Part shown: one piece after another, positions 11,821 to 24,519 of the stretch
Numbering within the stretch: the first letter of the stretch is position 1
Layout of the letters: every line of letters starts with the position of its first letter
Assembly: GCF_018350175.1 (NCBI RefSeq)
Contig: NC_058383.1
Location: 40,672,001 to 40,736,000 of the forward strand
DNA length: 64,000 nt
Source of the DNA: Felis catus
Lineage: Eukaryota
Reading direction: 5' to 3'
Position numbers and translations under genes: made by a program
Notes under the pieces: generated by a model
Told to the model about the DNA's origin: nothing
Seen by the model: only the letters and a program-made list of their open reading frames with translations
Databases searched by the model: none

Positions 11821-14267
11821 GTGAGCTAGAGGCCGTCCCCAGAGGAGACTGGCAGGGCAGGAGCGAAGGGAGCCTGGGATGGGTCTGCTGAAGAGTGCCG
11901 AAACGTCAAGAGCTGAGACGTCTCAGGCTCGGCTCCGAGGCCCAAAGCACGGGGTCACCCGCCCACAGGCAGTGGGCCAGGCCTGACCTCACGAACCAAT
12001 TACAAACCTCACACAGACAAAACCAAGTGGGCTTCCAGGTTCCTGGTCCTCCAGTCACCGTGCTGGTCAAGCCCCCTGAGCTATCCCGGGGGGTGCTGTC
12101 CGAGCCGGCCCCACCTGGAGCTCCATGGAACACCTTGGAAGGTGCTGGGGAGGGGTTCTCCCGGGGCCGTGGGGGCTAGGTGAGGGTTGCCGGCAGAGTG
12201 GCCACGGCCAGGGACGGTGGGGGGGGGGGGACACAGAGATGAGTTAGGAGGGAGCTCAGATGTGGCAGCAGGGTGGGGAAAATGCCACATCCCCCCAAAG
12301 AAGGAGCCCCAGAGGACCAACCTGGTGCTGCCGATCGGCCAGATGTGAACACGGACACGTGTGTGATCCCCGACCCCGGGGAGGTCTGGATGGGTGGCCC
12401 TGCCCGCCTCTGAGCCTGTCATCTTCACAGGGCCAGGCCAGTGGGACCCGCTTCACCCGACCAGGGGTTCCTGGACTGGTCAGCCCGCCGTGAGCATGGG
12501 TGTGGCCGGCAATGGCCGAGGGGGCTGCAGGTACAACACGTGGAGGGACTGCCGGGTGGGTGGGCTGCAGAGCCGAAGCACGTGAGCACCAAGGGTGCGT
12601 GGGCCCGGAGGCCTGGGGGCTCCTGAGGGGGCCCCGCACCACCCAGCAGTCTCAGCTCTGCCTCCAGACACCCCAGATGGCCCCCTTGATGACTTGGGGG
12701 CTGACTACAAACTGCAGACGCAGAGGCAGCTCAGGGCCAGGGGGAGAGTGCCACAAACGAGCCCCACAGCCCGCCCCCAGAGAGTCGCCTCGCTCCCCCC
12801 ACCCGCTCCCGCTCCGAGCTGCATGCCTCGAAGCCTGACCAGCCTCAGGCGCGCCCTCCAAGAGTGGACTGTGCCCCAGGCCACACTTCCTAGGCCACAG
12901 CCCAGAGGCCCAGCCACAGAAAGTGGCCGGCCACGTCCCGGGGCCTTCCTGGCGCTTTCTGGCACCTGGTCAGGCAAAGGGGGCTTCCTGCCGGCGCGCC
13001 CCCGCTGAGACGGCTTCGGCGTCCAGGGCTGAAGCGGAGCCAACCTCCCAGACCTAGGGACACGTGTGCAGCAGTGAGGCCATGTGGCCGACCAGCTCTT
13101 TCTGCTGCTTCCTGCGCCGGGTGGGTGTGGAGGCAGGACCCTGGGAGCCCCAGCGCTCTCTGTGTGACCCTCCCCCCTCAGGCCCGCACCGGTCTCTCCC
13201 GAGGAGGAACAGGTCATGGCAGGCGTCCTCATTAGCTACTAATTGCAGCCCGTTCCCGGCCTCCCCGGGCCGTTGCCGGATTACACCTGTTGACAAGATG
13301 TGGCGTCCCCAGCGGGAAGGCGCGTGTGCTGATTATGCCGCTAATGATGTGTTCATTGCCCACGGTAATTTCCTTCAACAAATAAAACGCTGTGTCTGCT
13401 CAGCCTAGGGACACTTCTGGCTTCACGAGGAGCCCGGCGTGCACCTGAGGGTGGGGAGGGCTGGTGGGCTCCGAACGGGACACCTCAGGCCACCAGGGAA
13501 GTGTCCCAATCCAAGCACCAGACGAACTGCCCGCAGCGCCTGCGTGTGCTCCTAAGAGAGACTGCTTTCTCTCTCGATTCTGAGCATAAGGGGCACTGGG
13601 TCCCACCCTGACGCAGACCCTCCCCGAGTGGGCTCTTCCTTTGCCCTCCCTCCCCACACCCCAGCCCAGGGCCCAGAGAGCCTCCCAGGTGAGTGGAAGG
13701 TTTGCAGGGACTGGCCTGGAAGGCTGTGCCCCCACACCCACCGAGACAGGGCAGGAGACCCATGATCCTCAGGGACCTGGGCTGATTTACTCAGAAACTC
13801 CTGAGCACGAAGGCCCTCACGTGGGAAGGAGACCCCTCAGTGGCCGCCCAGGCCCACAAACAAAATAGTCCCCAGTTCACAAAAAGCACGAGAGCAGATT
13901 CCGAAGGCCAGAACCACTTGTTTGGGTGGGAGGCCGGCCTTGTTCTACCTGACCCCCCTCCCTACCAGGCAGGGGCTCCGCTGTACAGGGAGCCCCTCCG
14001 TGGGCCGTTTGCCCCTCCCCACCCCGGTGCCCGATGAGGACGCCAGGGCCTCTGCACCAGCCACAGTGTCCGGGTGGGTCCGGTGGGCAGACGGACAGCA
14101 CACGCACACGGGCCGCCCCTGGGCACACGCTCCTCCTCCTACAGCCATGCGGAGAAGGGGGAGCGGACCCCACTTCTCCTTTCCGACATCTTGGGGGGCC
14201 TTGATGCACGAAACAGTAACCCTGGAGAAGGTAGTGTTTTGAAATTACATTTTAAGAGAAAGTTAAA

Positions 14268-14378
14268 AAAAAAATTTTTAAGTGTTTATTTAGACAATCT
14301 CCACACCCAACATGGGGCTCAAACTCATAACCCGGAGATTAAGAGTTGCACACTCTTCTAAGCCAGCCAGGGGCCCCT
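14268..14378 (-). mobile_element. Older short Can-SINE (SINEC_c-like)
   Basis: Reverse-complement tRNA-derived head with a T-rich tail. Confidence 0.7.
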
Positions 14379-14930
14379 AAATTTTTTTTGGAAAAGACAA
14401 AGGCCGTTTACTTTTCCTGACCCTAGGTGGATGTATTCCTACAGCACACAGGCTGTCTGTCCCCGCCCCTCCAAGACCCTGCGGGACCAACCCTGGCTTT
14501 GCAGCACAGCAGGCATGGTCCGCCCCAGCCTCGCACCCCAGGGCCAGCGCAGTCATATGACCTGTGAGACGCATCACGTTATGCAGCTGTCCTCTGACCC
14601 TTGAGGGTCCCACAAAAGTTGGACATGAGGGCTCTGGCGGGTTGAACAGTGCCCCCCAAATAACATGTGCCCCAAACCCGTAAATGGGGCCTCGCTTGGA
14701 AATCGGGTCCTTGCTGAGGGTTAAGCTGAGGGTTTCGAGACGAGATCATGCTGGGAGGTAGGTTGGGCCCTGAATCCAGTGACAAGTGTCAGAAGACACA
14801 CAGGGTCCATGTGCTGATGAGGCAGATGCTGGGGAGATGCTGTCTTGTGCCCAGGGCTCCCCAGGGCCACCAGGAGCTGGGCCTGCTGACACCTTGGCCT
14901 CAGACTTCTGGCCTCAAGAACTGAGAGCGT

Positions 14931-15635
14931 GGGGACGCCTGCGGGGCTCAGTCGGTTGAGCGACCGTGGGAAACAGAACACCACAATAACCACAGGGGCA
15001 TATTCGTTCAGGCTCCAAGATCTCTGAGAAAGCTCGAGATCATAGGGTTAAAAATAATGCGAAAGAAATGGAGCGAAATGCCCTTGGGAAATGTGGCCTG
15101 TTCTCTAGTAGGAAGACAAGGATGTTTTGCTTAAAGGAAGCCAGCTGTAAATAACACAGCGTGTTCACTCTCCTCTTTGTTTCTCATCCTGGCATAAAGA
15201 TTCCTATCATAGCCTACGTATCTGCAAGAAAGCCTTTGCACGCAATGGCAACGTACGTTTGTGCTTTAGCTGAACCACATGTCCTTTGTTGCCACGCCTT
15301 ACTAACCTTCTACAGTTAATCGTCGTGGATCTGTAGCTCTGTAAAAGTATAAAAGAAGATGTACAATAAACCTCGGGGCCTCGGGCGGTTGGCTCGGGGT
15401 CCCCTGTGCCTCGCTATACTGTCGTCTTTTTCTCGGCTCCTTCACCGCCCCAGGTCCACGGCCCAAAGAGGTCGGCAAGCGACCAACTCTTGATCTCAGC
15501 TCAGGTTATATGATCTCACAGCTCGTGAGATCGAGCCCCGCGTCGGGCTCCCTGCTCACAGCACGGAGCCTTCTTGGGATTCTCTCTCTCATACACACAA
15601 TAAATAAACATTTCAAAAAGAAAGAAAGAAAAAAA
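14931..15635 (+). mobile_element. Can-SINE inserted in the MLT1 and itself split by a solo LTR
   Basis: SINE head at 14931-14964 continues at 15478-15635 and ends in an A-rich tail. Confidence 0.85.
14965..15477 (+). mobile_element. Solo endogenous retrovirus LTR (513 bp), probably class II/ERVK-like
   Basis: 6-bp target-site duplication AGCGAC (14959-14964 and 15478-15483); ends (C/T)GTGGG...GGCA; TATAAAA at 15348 and AATAAA at 15365. Confidence 0.8.
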
Positions 15636-16259
15636 CTAAGAGAATAAACTTCTGTTGTTCTAAACCCCCCAGTCGTGGTCCTAACGTCAGGCGGGTTCCT
15701 CAGACGGTGAAACTCTGATGTGCGTCTGCTCCCACCCAAAGATCTGGTGGCCAGCTTTGGGCAAAGGGGGTCCTGGGGACACATCCAGAGCAGAGGCCAA
15801 GCCCTGCTCCTGTCCCAGCTCAGGGAGAGGGGTGCCGACACCCAGGCACAGCATCGCGGCCGCTGCCCAGGCTGGCTACGGGGCCCACGGCCTCTCAAGT
15901 CCTCAGCTGGCCCTCCGTTTCCCCCACGTGTGTAAACCCCGGCACACGGGAAGCGAGCAGTAAATACTAATGATGATGAAAGAATCTGCAGGTGTGGGAG
16001 CAGGTGCACAGAGGAGGTGCACGCAGCGTCTGCTCAAGAGCCCCAGGTCTCCAGGGACGGGGCTGCGATTGAGTAAAAGACCCTCGAGGGGCCCTTGTTG
16101 TGTGAGTGTGTGGGTGATATCAGAGATCCCCAGTCAGGTTGTCTGAACCAGAAACCGTCGCCCAGGCACGGCACGGGGACGCTGGGACCGATGGTTCGAT
16201 GCTAGGCCAACCTGGGTGCACTCAGCGTCCGGACCTCTTGAAGCTACCTTGGGGCAGCC

Positions 16260-16760
16260 AGTTTTATTGAGATATAGATGCACATGCCATAAAATCTGCC
16301 CACTTAAAGGGTGCAGTTCAGTGATTTTTGATATATTACATTAGTAGTTTTCAAATTGTGGTAACATACCTACAACAAAAGTTGCCATAGCAACCCTTTT
16401 TAAGTGGCATTAGTTACAGTGTCGGGCAAAGATTACCTTGCTTTCCAAAACTTTCTCGTCACCTCACCCTGAAGCCTCCTCCGGGCCCCTGGCAACCTCC
16501 AATCTACTTAACATCCCTGTGGAGTTGCCTATTTCACGGGCTTCATAGAAATGGAATCCTACGATAGGTGGCCTTTTGAGTGGCTTCTCTTGCCGAGCAT
16601 CATGTCACCAGGGCTCATCCACACGGCTTTACAGCTGAGTCCTCGCCCGTCTACCCACTCATCTGCTGATGGTCGCGTGGGCTCTTCCACTTTCGTCCAC
16701 CCCCACCCTTTGCTCCACTTGGTTCGCTCCCACAGACTTGGGTTCCAGGGGAAGGAGGCA
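16260..16760 (-). mobile_element. Old L1M 3' fragment
   Basis: Reverse-strand L1M 3' UTR motifs (TTTATTGAGATATA..CATAAAAT; GGCAACC..CAATCTACTT..; ATGGAATC). Confidence 0.7.
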
Positions 16761-17479
16761 GGAAGCCCGCCCTGCAGGGACCCTGGCTCTGCACACCTAC
16801 GGGCTGCAGCCCCCCTTTCCAGCGTCAGGAGAACCCTCCCTGTCCCCCCAGCCTCAGCCAGGGCCCCTCCCGTGTAAATCCTCTCCACCACTCCTAACGG
16901 GCCCTCATTCCTGGCCCCCATCTCAATGCCATTGTTACTCTCACGAGTCTTTTGTAAACCTACTCTGGGGCATTTCGGTGAAACTAAGGTTGGTTGGGGG
17001 CTCGCCCACTTCTAAGAATCGCTTAGGACTGTTCAGATTTCAGGAACCGTATCTCAGACCTGGGTCAGGTATTGTCAGGACAGGGGACGGGTGGCGCCTG
17101 GGGGCCTGGAAGCGGAGCTCCCGTAGCTGCTACGGAAAGCCTGCCCCAGCTGTTGTAGAAGAAAGTCCTGTCTTGGCAGCCAAGAGGAGCAGCTGCAGGG
17201 GCCCGAGGACGCTGCCCCCGCCGGTGGACCTTGGGTCCCTGGGCCTCGAGGAAAACCCACAGGCAGGTGTGGGAGTCAGCAGCACTCAAGTCCACACTGG
17301 GCTAAGTACTGCAAGGAGACTGGGAGCACAGGCCAGGCTGGGCCCTCAGAAACACGAGATGAACACCGGGCCGTGCCAGACTCAACTCCTGCAGGTGTCT
17401 GGAAAGCCCCACTAAAAAGGGGTCAGTAGTGGCAGTAAAACTGGACTCGACACGATTTATAACGGCCCAGGGCCGAGCC

Positions 17480-18560
17480 TGGCCAGCAGCAGTCCCGCGT
17501 CGCGCTACCAAACCTTACAGGGAAACGGCGCTTTCCCAAGCTGGTCTCCAAAATGACAGAAGAGGGTGTCGGAGCCCGTGAGAGAAGCTCCGCACGGAGC
17601 CGCCGAGTTGTGGGGAGCGCTGCCCGCCCTGTCACTTCCATTTCGCTCGCTCTGCAACAGGAACTGCACGCCCAGGGGGGGGCCAGGCGCCCTTCTGGGG
17701 TCTCGAGCGCCTCTGCGACCAAGTATAGCAAGGCCGCTGCCTCTGCAAGCTCCCAGGGCAAGGACTCAGGGCCGCATATCCCGCCGGCAGTGAGCCCTGG
17801 GTGAGGGAGGCGACACTGTGGTCCTGGCGGCCCCTCCGAGGGAGGCGACACTGTGGTCCTGGCGGCCCCTCCGCCCGCGCTCAGGAGGCCGGGAAGGTGA
17901 CACGCTCCCTCGCGGCACGGGCCCCGCCGGCAGGGGGCGCGCGGCCCGGGGGGACGCGGATGCGCATGCGCCAGGCGGGTCGCTTTCCGGCAGCGTGGCG
18001 GAACAGTCCCGCAGTTTCGCGCCGCTTGGCGACGTCGGCGCCCCGCGCCCAGCCGCAGTACGGCCGCCATGGCGTCGCCCTTCAGCGGGGTGCTGCAGCT
18101 GACAGACCTGGATGATTTCATCGGACCGTCTCAGGTGGGGCGGCCCGGGTGGGTGGCGGCCGTGCCTGGCAGGGGGTGAGGGGGGGGGGACTCCCCTCCG
18201 CTCGGTTTCTTTCCCTGAAAAACGAGATCGGAACCCAGACTCCCCGCCCGCGTCCCCCCGGGCCTCTGGCGCTCGGGCTAGCTTCCTACCGATGGGGACC
18301 CGAGGCCAGGGATGGAGGCGCCCCGAGCCGGGTTCCTGTGCCGCGAGGCGAGGCGAGGCCAGGTCACCAGCCCGCAGCGCCCAATAGGACAAGTAGTTTC
18401 GGGTCATCACGCTGTCCTCGGCGCGACCGGGGGACGGGAGTGCCGAGTGGGCAGCAGGAAGCGGGAGGGAGCCGGGCAGTGGCGGGCTCAGGACTGAGGC
18501 CGGACGAATCTGTCCGCTTATTCTGGTAGACGGGGGCGGGGAATGATCCCATCTCAGTTT
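17480..18560 (+). promoter_or_regulatory. CIAO3 CpG-island promoter
   Basis: CpG dense; NRF1 palindrome TGCGCATGCGC at 17961-17971; CTCF-like CCGGCAGGGGGCGC at 17927-17940; ETS-like TTCCGG/CGGAA. Confidence 0.85.
17803..17872. repeat. Perfect 35-bp tandem duplication
   Basis: GAGGGAGGCGACACTGTGGTCCTGGCGGCCCCTCC occurs twice (17803-17837 and 17838-17872). Confidence 0.97.
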
Positions 18561-21500
18561 GGAAGGCAGGGGAGTAGGTCCCTTGGAATCACGTACTGTG
18601 ACTGGGGGGGGGGGGGGGGCGGTGGTCGTCCTAGGTGCTGGTTTGGGGAGGAAGACAGAGCTTGCCCCTAAAGGGGACAGGTCAGGTACACTTGAAAGCG
18701 GGAGGCGGCCTTCTCTGGTGTAGCTGCCTATCAACTGCACTGGCTGCGCAGGACACACAGGGCTGGGAGGGGGAGGGCATGGGGCTGGTCACAGCTCCGA
18801 GGTCAGGGATGAGCTTGAACAGGGCCCCCCCACCAGGGCTTTCTGGGGCTGATCATCTCTGGGAAGGGAATGGCCAGAGAGACTCTTGTAGTGACGGCGA
18901 GAAAGGGCAAGAACTCGAAGTTGAAGAGAAAAAGAACATTTCACTGGGCAAGGCGGGGACTCTGCAGAAATGGTGATTCCTGGGCGTCCTCTTGGTAGCC
19001 AGGGTAACACTGGCTCTCCATGTGTGGCCGCACCTTCGGTTTGTGCTGAACGGAGTAAAGGTCAGGGCTGGTGGTGCCCGCAGGTGCCTTAGTACGTAGG
19101 CCCAGCTAAGGCCACCTTCCCCTGACTGAGCTGCAGAGTAGGCCTCAGTGCTGGCAGGGGTTAGAATGTGTGCCCCTGTGCAAGCAGGGTGACAGCTGTA
19201 TTGCCATGACTGCTGCTGTGGCAGGAAGAGAGTCGGGCAGCACCCCTGTCCTATGTGGTGGTCCCCTCCTCTTCGGTAACTTCCACACACTCGGGCCCCC
19301 ACTTGGGGTCTCTTCCTGGTACAGGATTGCATCAAGCCCATGAAGGTGGATAAGAGGTCGGGAAGCGGCGTGGCCAAGATCCACATCGAAGACGATGGCA
19401 GTTACTTCCAGGTCACTCAGGTAAGTTCCAGCCCAGATGACCAAACACCTGTTTTTGCTGCTCCGTCCAGTCACAGGTACAGAGATCATGGGACCTTTCG
19501 CTGTCATCAGAGTGGTCAGATTCACTGTCATCACGGCTGGGAGGGCAGAGATGGTGCCTGGGGTGGTGGTGGAGGGGCACAGAGGCAGAACATGGAGCTG
19601 TGGGGGGGGGGGCTCTTTTTGCAGATGGTGGTTCCTGTCTTCCCTTCCCTCTCCCCCACCGCCACCATGAGTTCTAATTCTGTAAGATTTTCCAGTTAAG
19701 GACCCCCTGGGCGGCTCAGTTGGTTAAGCGTCTGACACTCTCTTTTTATTTTTTTATGTTTATTTTTGAGAGAGAGAGCGAACTTGAGAAGGGGAGGGGC
19801 AGAGAGAGAAGGAGACACAGAATCGGAAGCAAGCTCCAGGCTCTTAACTGTCAGCATGGAGCCTGATGCGGGGCTTGAACCCACAAACCGTGAGGTCCTG
19901 ACCTGAGCCAAAGTTGGCCACTTCACAGACTGAGCCACCCAGGCGCCCCAACCAATATTTAATTTTTAAAAGTTCAGTGGCACACAAAGCCAGCCTCCTA
20001 CCACATTGGTTGTCGGTGTTGTGAGCCAGAGAATAAAGGCTTCCTGCAGGTTCCATTATGCTGAGTGCTCGTGTCCTTGCGTAGAGGCCCTCTGAGTCCC
20101 GAGTGCTTGTGCTTTCCAGGATGGAGGGACCCGGAAGCTGGAGAAGGCCAAGATCTCGCTGGATGACTGCCTGGCATGCAGTGGCTGTGTCACCTCGGCA
20201 GAGACCGTGCTCATCACTCAGCAAAGCCACGAGGAGCTGCGGAAGGTTATAGATGCCAATAAGGTAAGTGAGGGGCGTCTTTGAGACTTTTTTAACCTGA
20301 CGTCAGCCCCGGTGTCCTTTGCTCTTGCTGCCAAGGGCAGCCCATCTGGTGCCTCCTGCCTCTTGTAGGTGTCGTCGGCAGGATGCCCGTGAATTGCTGG
20401 TCAGGATTTCACACCGGGGTGTGGGGCCCTGCGTGTACATGGAAGCGACACGCCCTGCCGGAGGCAGCACGCACTCCCCCAGCACTGGCCCCCTGGGAGT
20501 CTGTAAAACACAGCGAGTGAGCATGTGTCCTCTGCTTTGCAGACGGCGGCCCCCGGTCAGCAGAGGCTGGTTGTCGTGTCCGTCTCGCCCCAGTCCAGGG
20601 CATCACTGGCTGCACAGTTCGGGCTGAACCCTACAGACACTGCCAGGAAGCTGACTGCATTCTTTAAGAAAATCGGTAGGCAGCAGACCTCGCGTGCGTG
20701 CTGAGCTCAGCGTGTGCGGGGTCCAGCGAGGGGCTCCTCCGGCCTCTGACTCACTGAACTCAAACGCATCAGAAACTGTTCTGAGTTGACTTCAGTATGA
20801 AGTTTGGGTTTGACAAATGAGAGCTGAGCCTTTTAAGAGGCAGCCATCTGAATCGTGGCTGTCCTCCTCCAGTCTGGAATTCCTGGAATTCTCTGGAATT
20901 TGCTCCCCCCTGTATTGTTTTTAAACTATCACCCTCGAGGCCCGTTTCCCTGGTCCCCTGTCACGCTCTGGCTCCCAAAGACTTTGGTCGATCTCTGTGA
21001 GCCAGGAGCAGGCCTGGGAGGACATGGGGCGGGCACAAGAGGTGTGGCCTAGCCCGGACAGCCGCTGTGCAGACAGCTGAAGCGCCCCTGGAAAGTGGCG
21101 TCCCCGCTCCCAGGGGCGTGATCGGGGCCTTGCAATGTAGCCACACTTCGTGGCGGTGAGGCGGGTGCTTGTGTTGCAGGGGTGCACTACGTGTTCGATA
21201 CCTCCTTCTCGAGGAACTTCAGTCTCCTTGAGAGCCAGCGAGAGTTTGTGCAGAGATTCCGAGGACAGGCCGACTCCCAGCAGGCCTTGCCTGTGCTTGC
21301 GTCCGCCTGCCCAGGTGTGTTCACGCTGCGGGACACGGGGGACAGGAACGCTGGGTGGGGCCACACGAGGCTTCTGCCACAATGGCTGCCTCGGCAGAAG
21401 GAGCTGCCCTGAGAGCCACCTGGGGTCACCGAGTTCCCCAAGACTGTGATCTCACAGATGCTAGAAGCACACGGCAGTGACAGCAGAGTAGGGACATTCT

Positions 21501-24500
21501 TTAACGGGACCAAAACTCCCCGTACAAGCCGGTGCACCCCAGAAGGTCACGCCACTCCCTGCCCAGCTGCTCAGACACCCCGTTTGTTCCCCGTGTCGGC
21601 CTCAGGCTGGATCTGCTACGCGGAGAAGACGCACGGAAGCTTCCTCATCCCCTACCTCAGCACTGTTCGGTCCCCACAGCAGGTCATGGGCTCCCTGGTC
21701 AAGGACTTCTTTGCCCAGCAGCAGGTAACAAGAATATCCCAGCTGTGAACGATTCACTGCCATTGTTCTCAAAGATGAGCCAAGACCTCCGATGTCTACA
21801 TGGCCACACGAGGCATCTCGGTCCCATCCTGGCCGCTGGCCGGCTGTGTCCCAGGCCGCGCCTGTGATGTCACCCCCCACCTTATCCTGCGGGCTCCTTT
21901 ACTATCAGGTCAGGCAGCGACTTCACATTTCCACATTTCCCCGCAGCATTTGACCCCGGACAGGATCTACCACGTGACGGTCATGCCCTGCTATGACAAA
22001 AAGCTGGAAGCTTCCAGACCAGACTTCTTCAGCCAGGACTACCAGACTCGTGATGTGGATTGTGTTGTCACCACAGGTGTGGGTCCCACGTAGTGGTATT
22101 GCCCGGGTCCTGCCCGCAGGCTCTGGCTGGAGCTGCCAGCCCCTATGCATGAGGCAGCTGGTGGCCCTCCCCTGGGTGCCAAATCAGACCTCACAGCTGT
22201 TCCATTGTCTTGGGGGACGTGTGGCAAAAGGGCCGGGTGTTTGCTCTAAAACAGTCTGCGTGAAGAGGCGGGTGGGGATTCTCGTCATCCACTCTGACTC
22301 ACATGGGCCAGTCACCCCATTTTTGAATTGAGCAGCCTCACAGTCTCCCAAGTGCTTAAAATACAGAAAAGAAAATGCTCAGGAACCCAGACAGTGGGGT
22401 GGGGAGGGGCCCCCCTGCATGAACACATGCCCCTCTCCACCTCAAGGGGAGCCACGACCACACTGCGGCGGGTCCGGGGATGGGTATGTCCACCCCCCGC
22501 CACACTGCTGGGAGGGTGGAGGGTGGGCTGCGGGTCTGGGGAGCTGGCTGGCTCTTCTGAGGGTCCTCAGAAGTGGAGTCCTTCCTCGCCTCAGTGGCCA
22601 GGTTGGCCCTCCACCCATAAGCCAGGAGGTGGACATCCGGGTCTCTGGAGCTAAGGTACAGGTTGCCAGGGATGCAGATGACGCGGGTTTCCTCAGCGTT
22701 CTGTTTTGATTGAGATCTCAGCTGAAGCGCCCCTGTGCTGGGGTCTTACCGTAGGAGAAGTCTTCAAGCTGCTGGAAGAAGAAGGGGTCTCACTCTCGGA
22801 ACTGGAGCCAGCCCCCCTGGACAGTCTGTAAGTCACCACCCACTGCAGCAGAGGGGAGAATGTGAATCCAGCGTCGGGGAGCTCGACGTGTGGGTTGGGG
22901 GGTTGCAGGCGCACTGGCAAGCAGCAGCAATGAGGGCGTGGGGGTAGACGGTCCCCAGATGGACCTCAGCTCTGCGTCCCCTCCCTTCCTCTTCTCCACC
23001 GTGACTTCCTCCTAGCCAGGTCCGCGTCCGCCCTGTCGCCGGTCTCAGTGCACACAGAGGTGGTCAAGTTCATGACCTGGCCAACGGACAGTGCACTGAT
23101 GGTCATCAGAGCTGTCCCAAACTTGACACACGTCTGAGCTCCCCAAATAGGTGACTCAACAGAGGAACGATTTCTCCCACCTGAGCTTCCTCTTGACACG
23201 CAGACAAAGGCCCTGGGGGTTCTGGACTCCTCTCCCATCTAGCAAGCAGCTCCCTCACATGGGAGAGACAAAAGGTCTCACCCGAAAGCTCCCGCTGCCA
23301 CCGAGGCCATGCTCTGCTCCCCAGGTGCAGCAGTGTGTCTGCCCAGGAGCCCAGCAGCCATCGGGGCGGGGGCTCAGGGGGCTACCTGGAGCACGTGTTC
23401 CAGCACGCAGCCCGGGAGCTCTTTGGAATCCACGTGGACGAGATCACCTACAGACCACTGAGGTCAGTGGGAAGGGCTGGAGCATGGGGACAGGGCAGCA
23501 GGCTGGGGTGGGGGAAGACCCAGGGCACCAGCCCTCCTCTCCCGCTCACGTGAACCGGCCTCCCCACCCAGCGGTCCGCGTCCCTGCCCACACCCCAGGG
23601 GGTGAGAGCCCCAAGGCCACGGTGGCGCGCCTGGCACAGGGTGTGTCCCGACACGATGCTCCCTTCCACGGAGGGAGGGCCGGGGGCTTTGTGCGACCTC
23701 GCCACGCCTCACGGCCATTCTTGGGAGGGAGGATCAGGACACTGAGGCCCCCTGCCTAACGGCGGAAGCGAGCTTTCTACCCTGTCCTTGCATCCCTGTC
23801 CTCCACGTCCTCCACCGAGGAGCCGGTTAGGTGGCAGACGTGCCTGCAGGGGCAGGTACCGAGGGAGCCTGGCCTGTGCTCCCCCCAGGAACAAGGACTT
23901 CCAGGAGGTGACCCTGGAGAAGGAGGGCCAAATCGTGCTGCACTTTGCCGCGGCCTATGGCTTCCGCAACATCCAGAACCTGGTGCAGAAGCTCAAGCGA
24001 GGGCGCTGCCCGTACCATTATGTGGAGGTCATGGCCTGCCCCGCAGGTAGCTGGGGTGGGGCCTGCTTCTCCCAGAGGGCACGGGGGCCCTTTCCAGGAC
24101 CAGGGCTGTGGGCAGTGTCTCACCAGGGCAGGAGGGGTGGAGGCGGAGCCCGGGGGTCAGGAGGCTCAGGAGGGCCAGTGTTGGGAGGGGTCGTGCTGTG
24201 CTTCCCAACCCCCCTCCCCCACTCCCCGGTATAGGCATCCTCCCTGTCACCGTGCGCTCACCTGTCTTGCTCTGCTACAGGCTGCTTGAACGGCGGAGGC
24301 CAGCTCAAGGCCCCCAGCACGCCCGGCAAGGAGCTTCTCCAGCGCGTGGAGACGCTGTATAGCATGGTCAGGACAGAGGCGCCGGAGGATGCACCTGGCA
24401 TCCAGGAACTGTACCGGTGCTGGCTGCAGGGCGAGGGCTCGGAGCGTGCTGGCCGCCTGCTGCACACAAGCTACCACGCGGTGGAGAAGGCCAGCTCCAG

Positions 24501-24519
24501 CCTTGGCATCAGGTGGTAG
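18069..24519 (+). CDS. CIAO3: Cytosolic iron-sulfur assembly component 3 (NARFL/IOP1), [FeFe]-hydrogenase-like; 11 exons, 476 aa
   Basis: Exons 18069-18134, 19325-19420, 20120-20263, 20543-20675, 21180-21314, 21606-21724, 21947-22076, 22755-22827, 23325-23462, 23889-24046, 24281-24519. All GT-AG; 1431 nt in total. Starts [22 protein letters not shown]; Fe-S motifs [33 protein letters not shown]; terminal Trp. Confidence 0.98.
19700..19950 (-). mobile_element. Minus-strand Can-SINE (19742-19950) abutting a plus-strand SINE head fragment (19700-19741) in CIAO3 intron 2
   Basis: SINE head motifs are present in both orientations. Confidence 0.88.

Larger units (their letters stand above)
14632..15700 (+). 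mobile_element. MLT1-type (MaLR) LTR split by nested insertions; pieces at ~14632-14930 and ~15635-15700
   Basis: MLT1 motifs GCCTGCTGACACCTTGG..CAGACTTCTGGCCT..AGAACTG on the left resume as AGAATAAACTTCTGTTGTTCTAA on the right. Confidence 0.75.

Noticed and set aside
11900-13200. Further splice-like segments that might extend the relic gene
   Set aside because: Acceptor- and donor-like sites exist, but I could not match their peptides to the repeat motifs.
17423-18758. 232 aa and 330 aa minus-strand ORFs across the CIAO3 promoter
   Set aside because: CpG-island artefacts with low-complexity composition.
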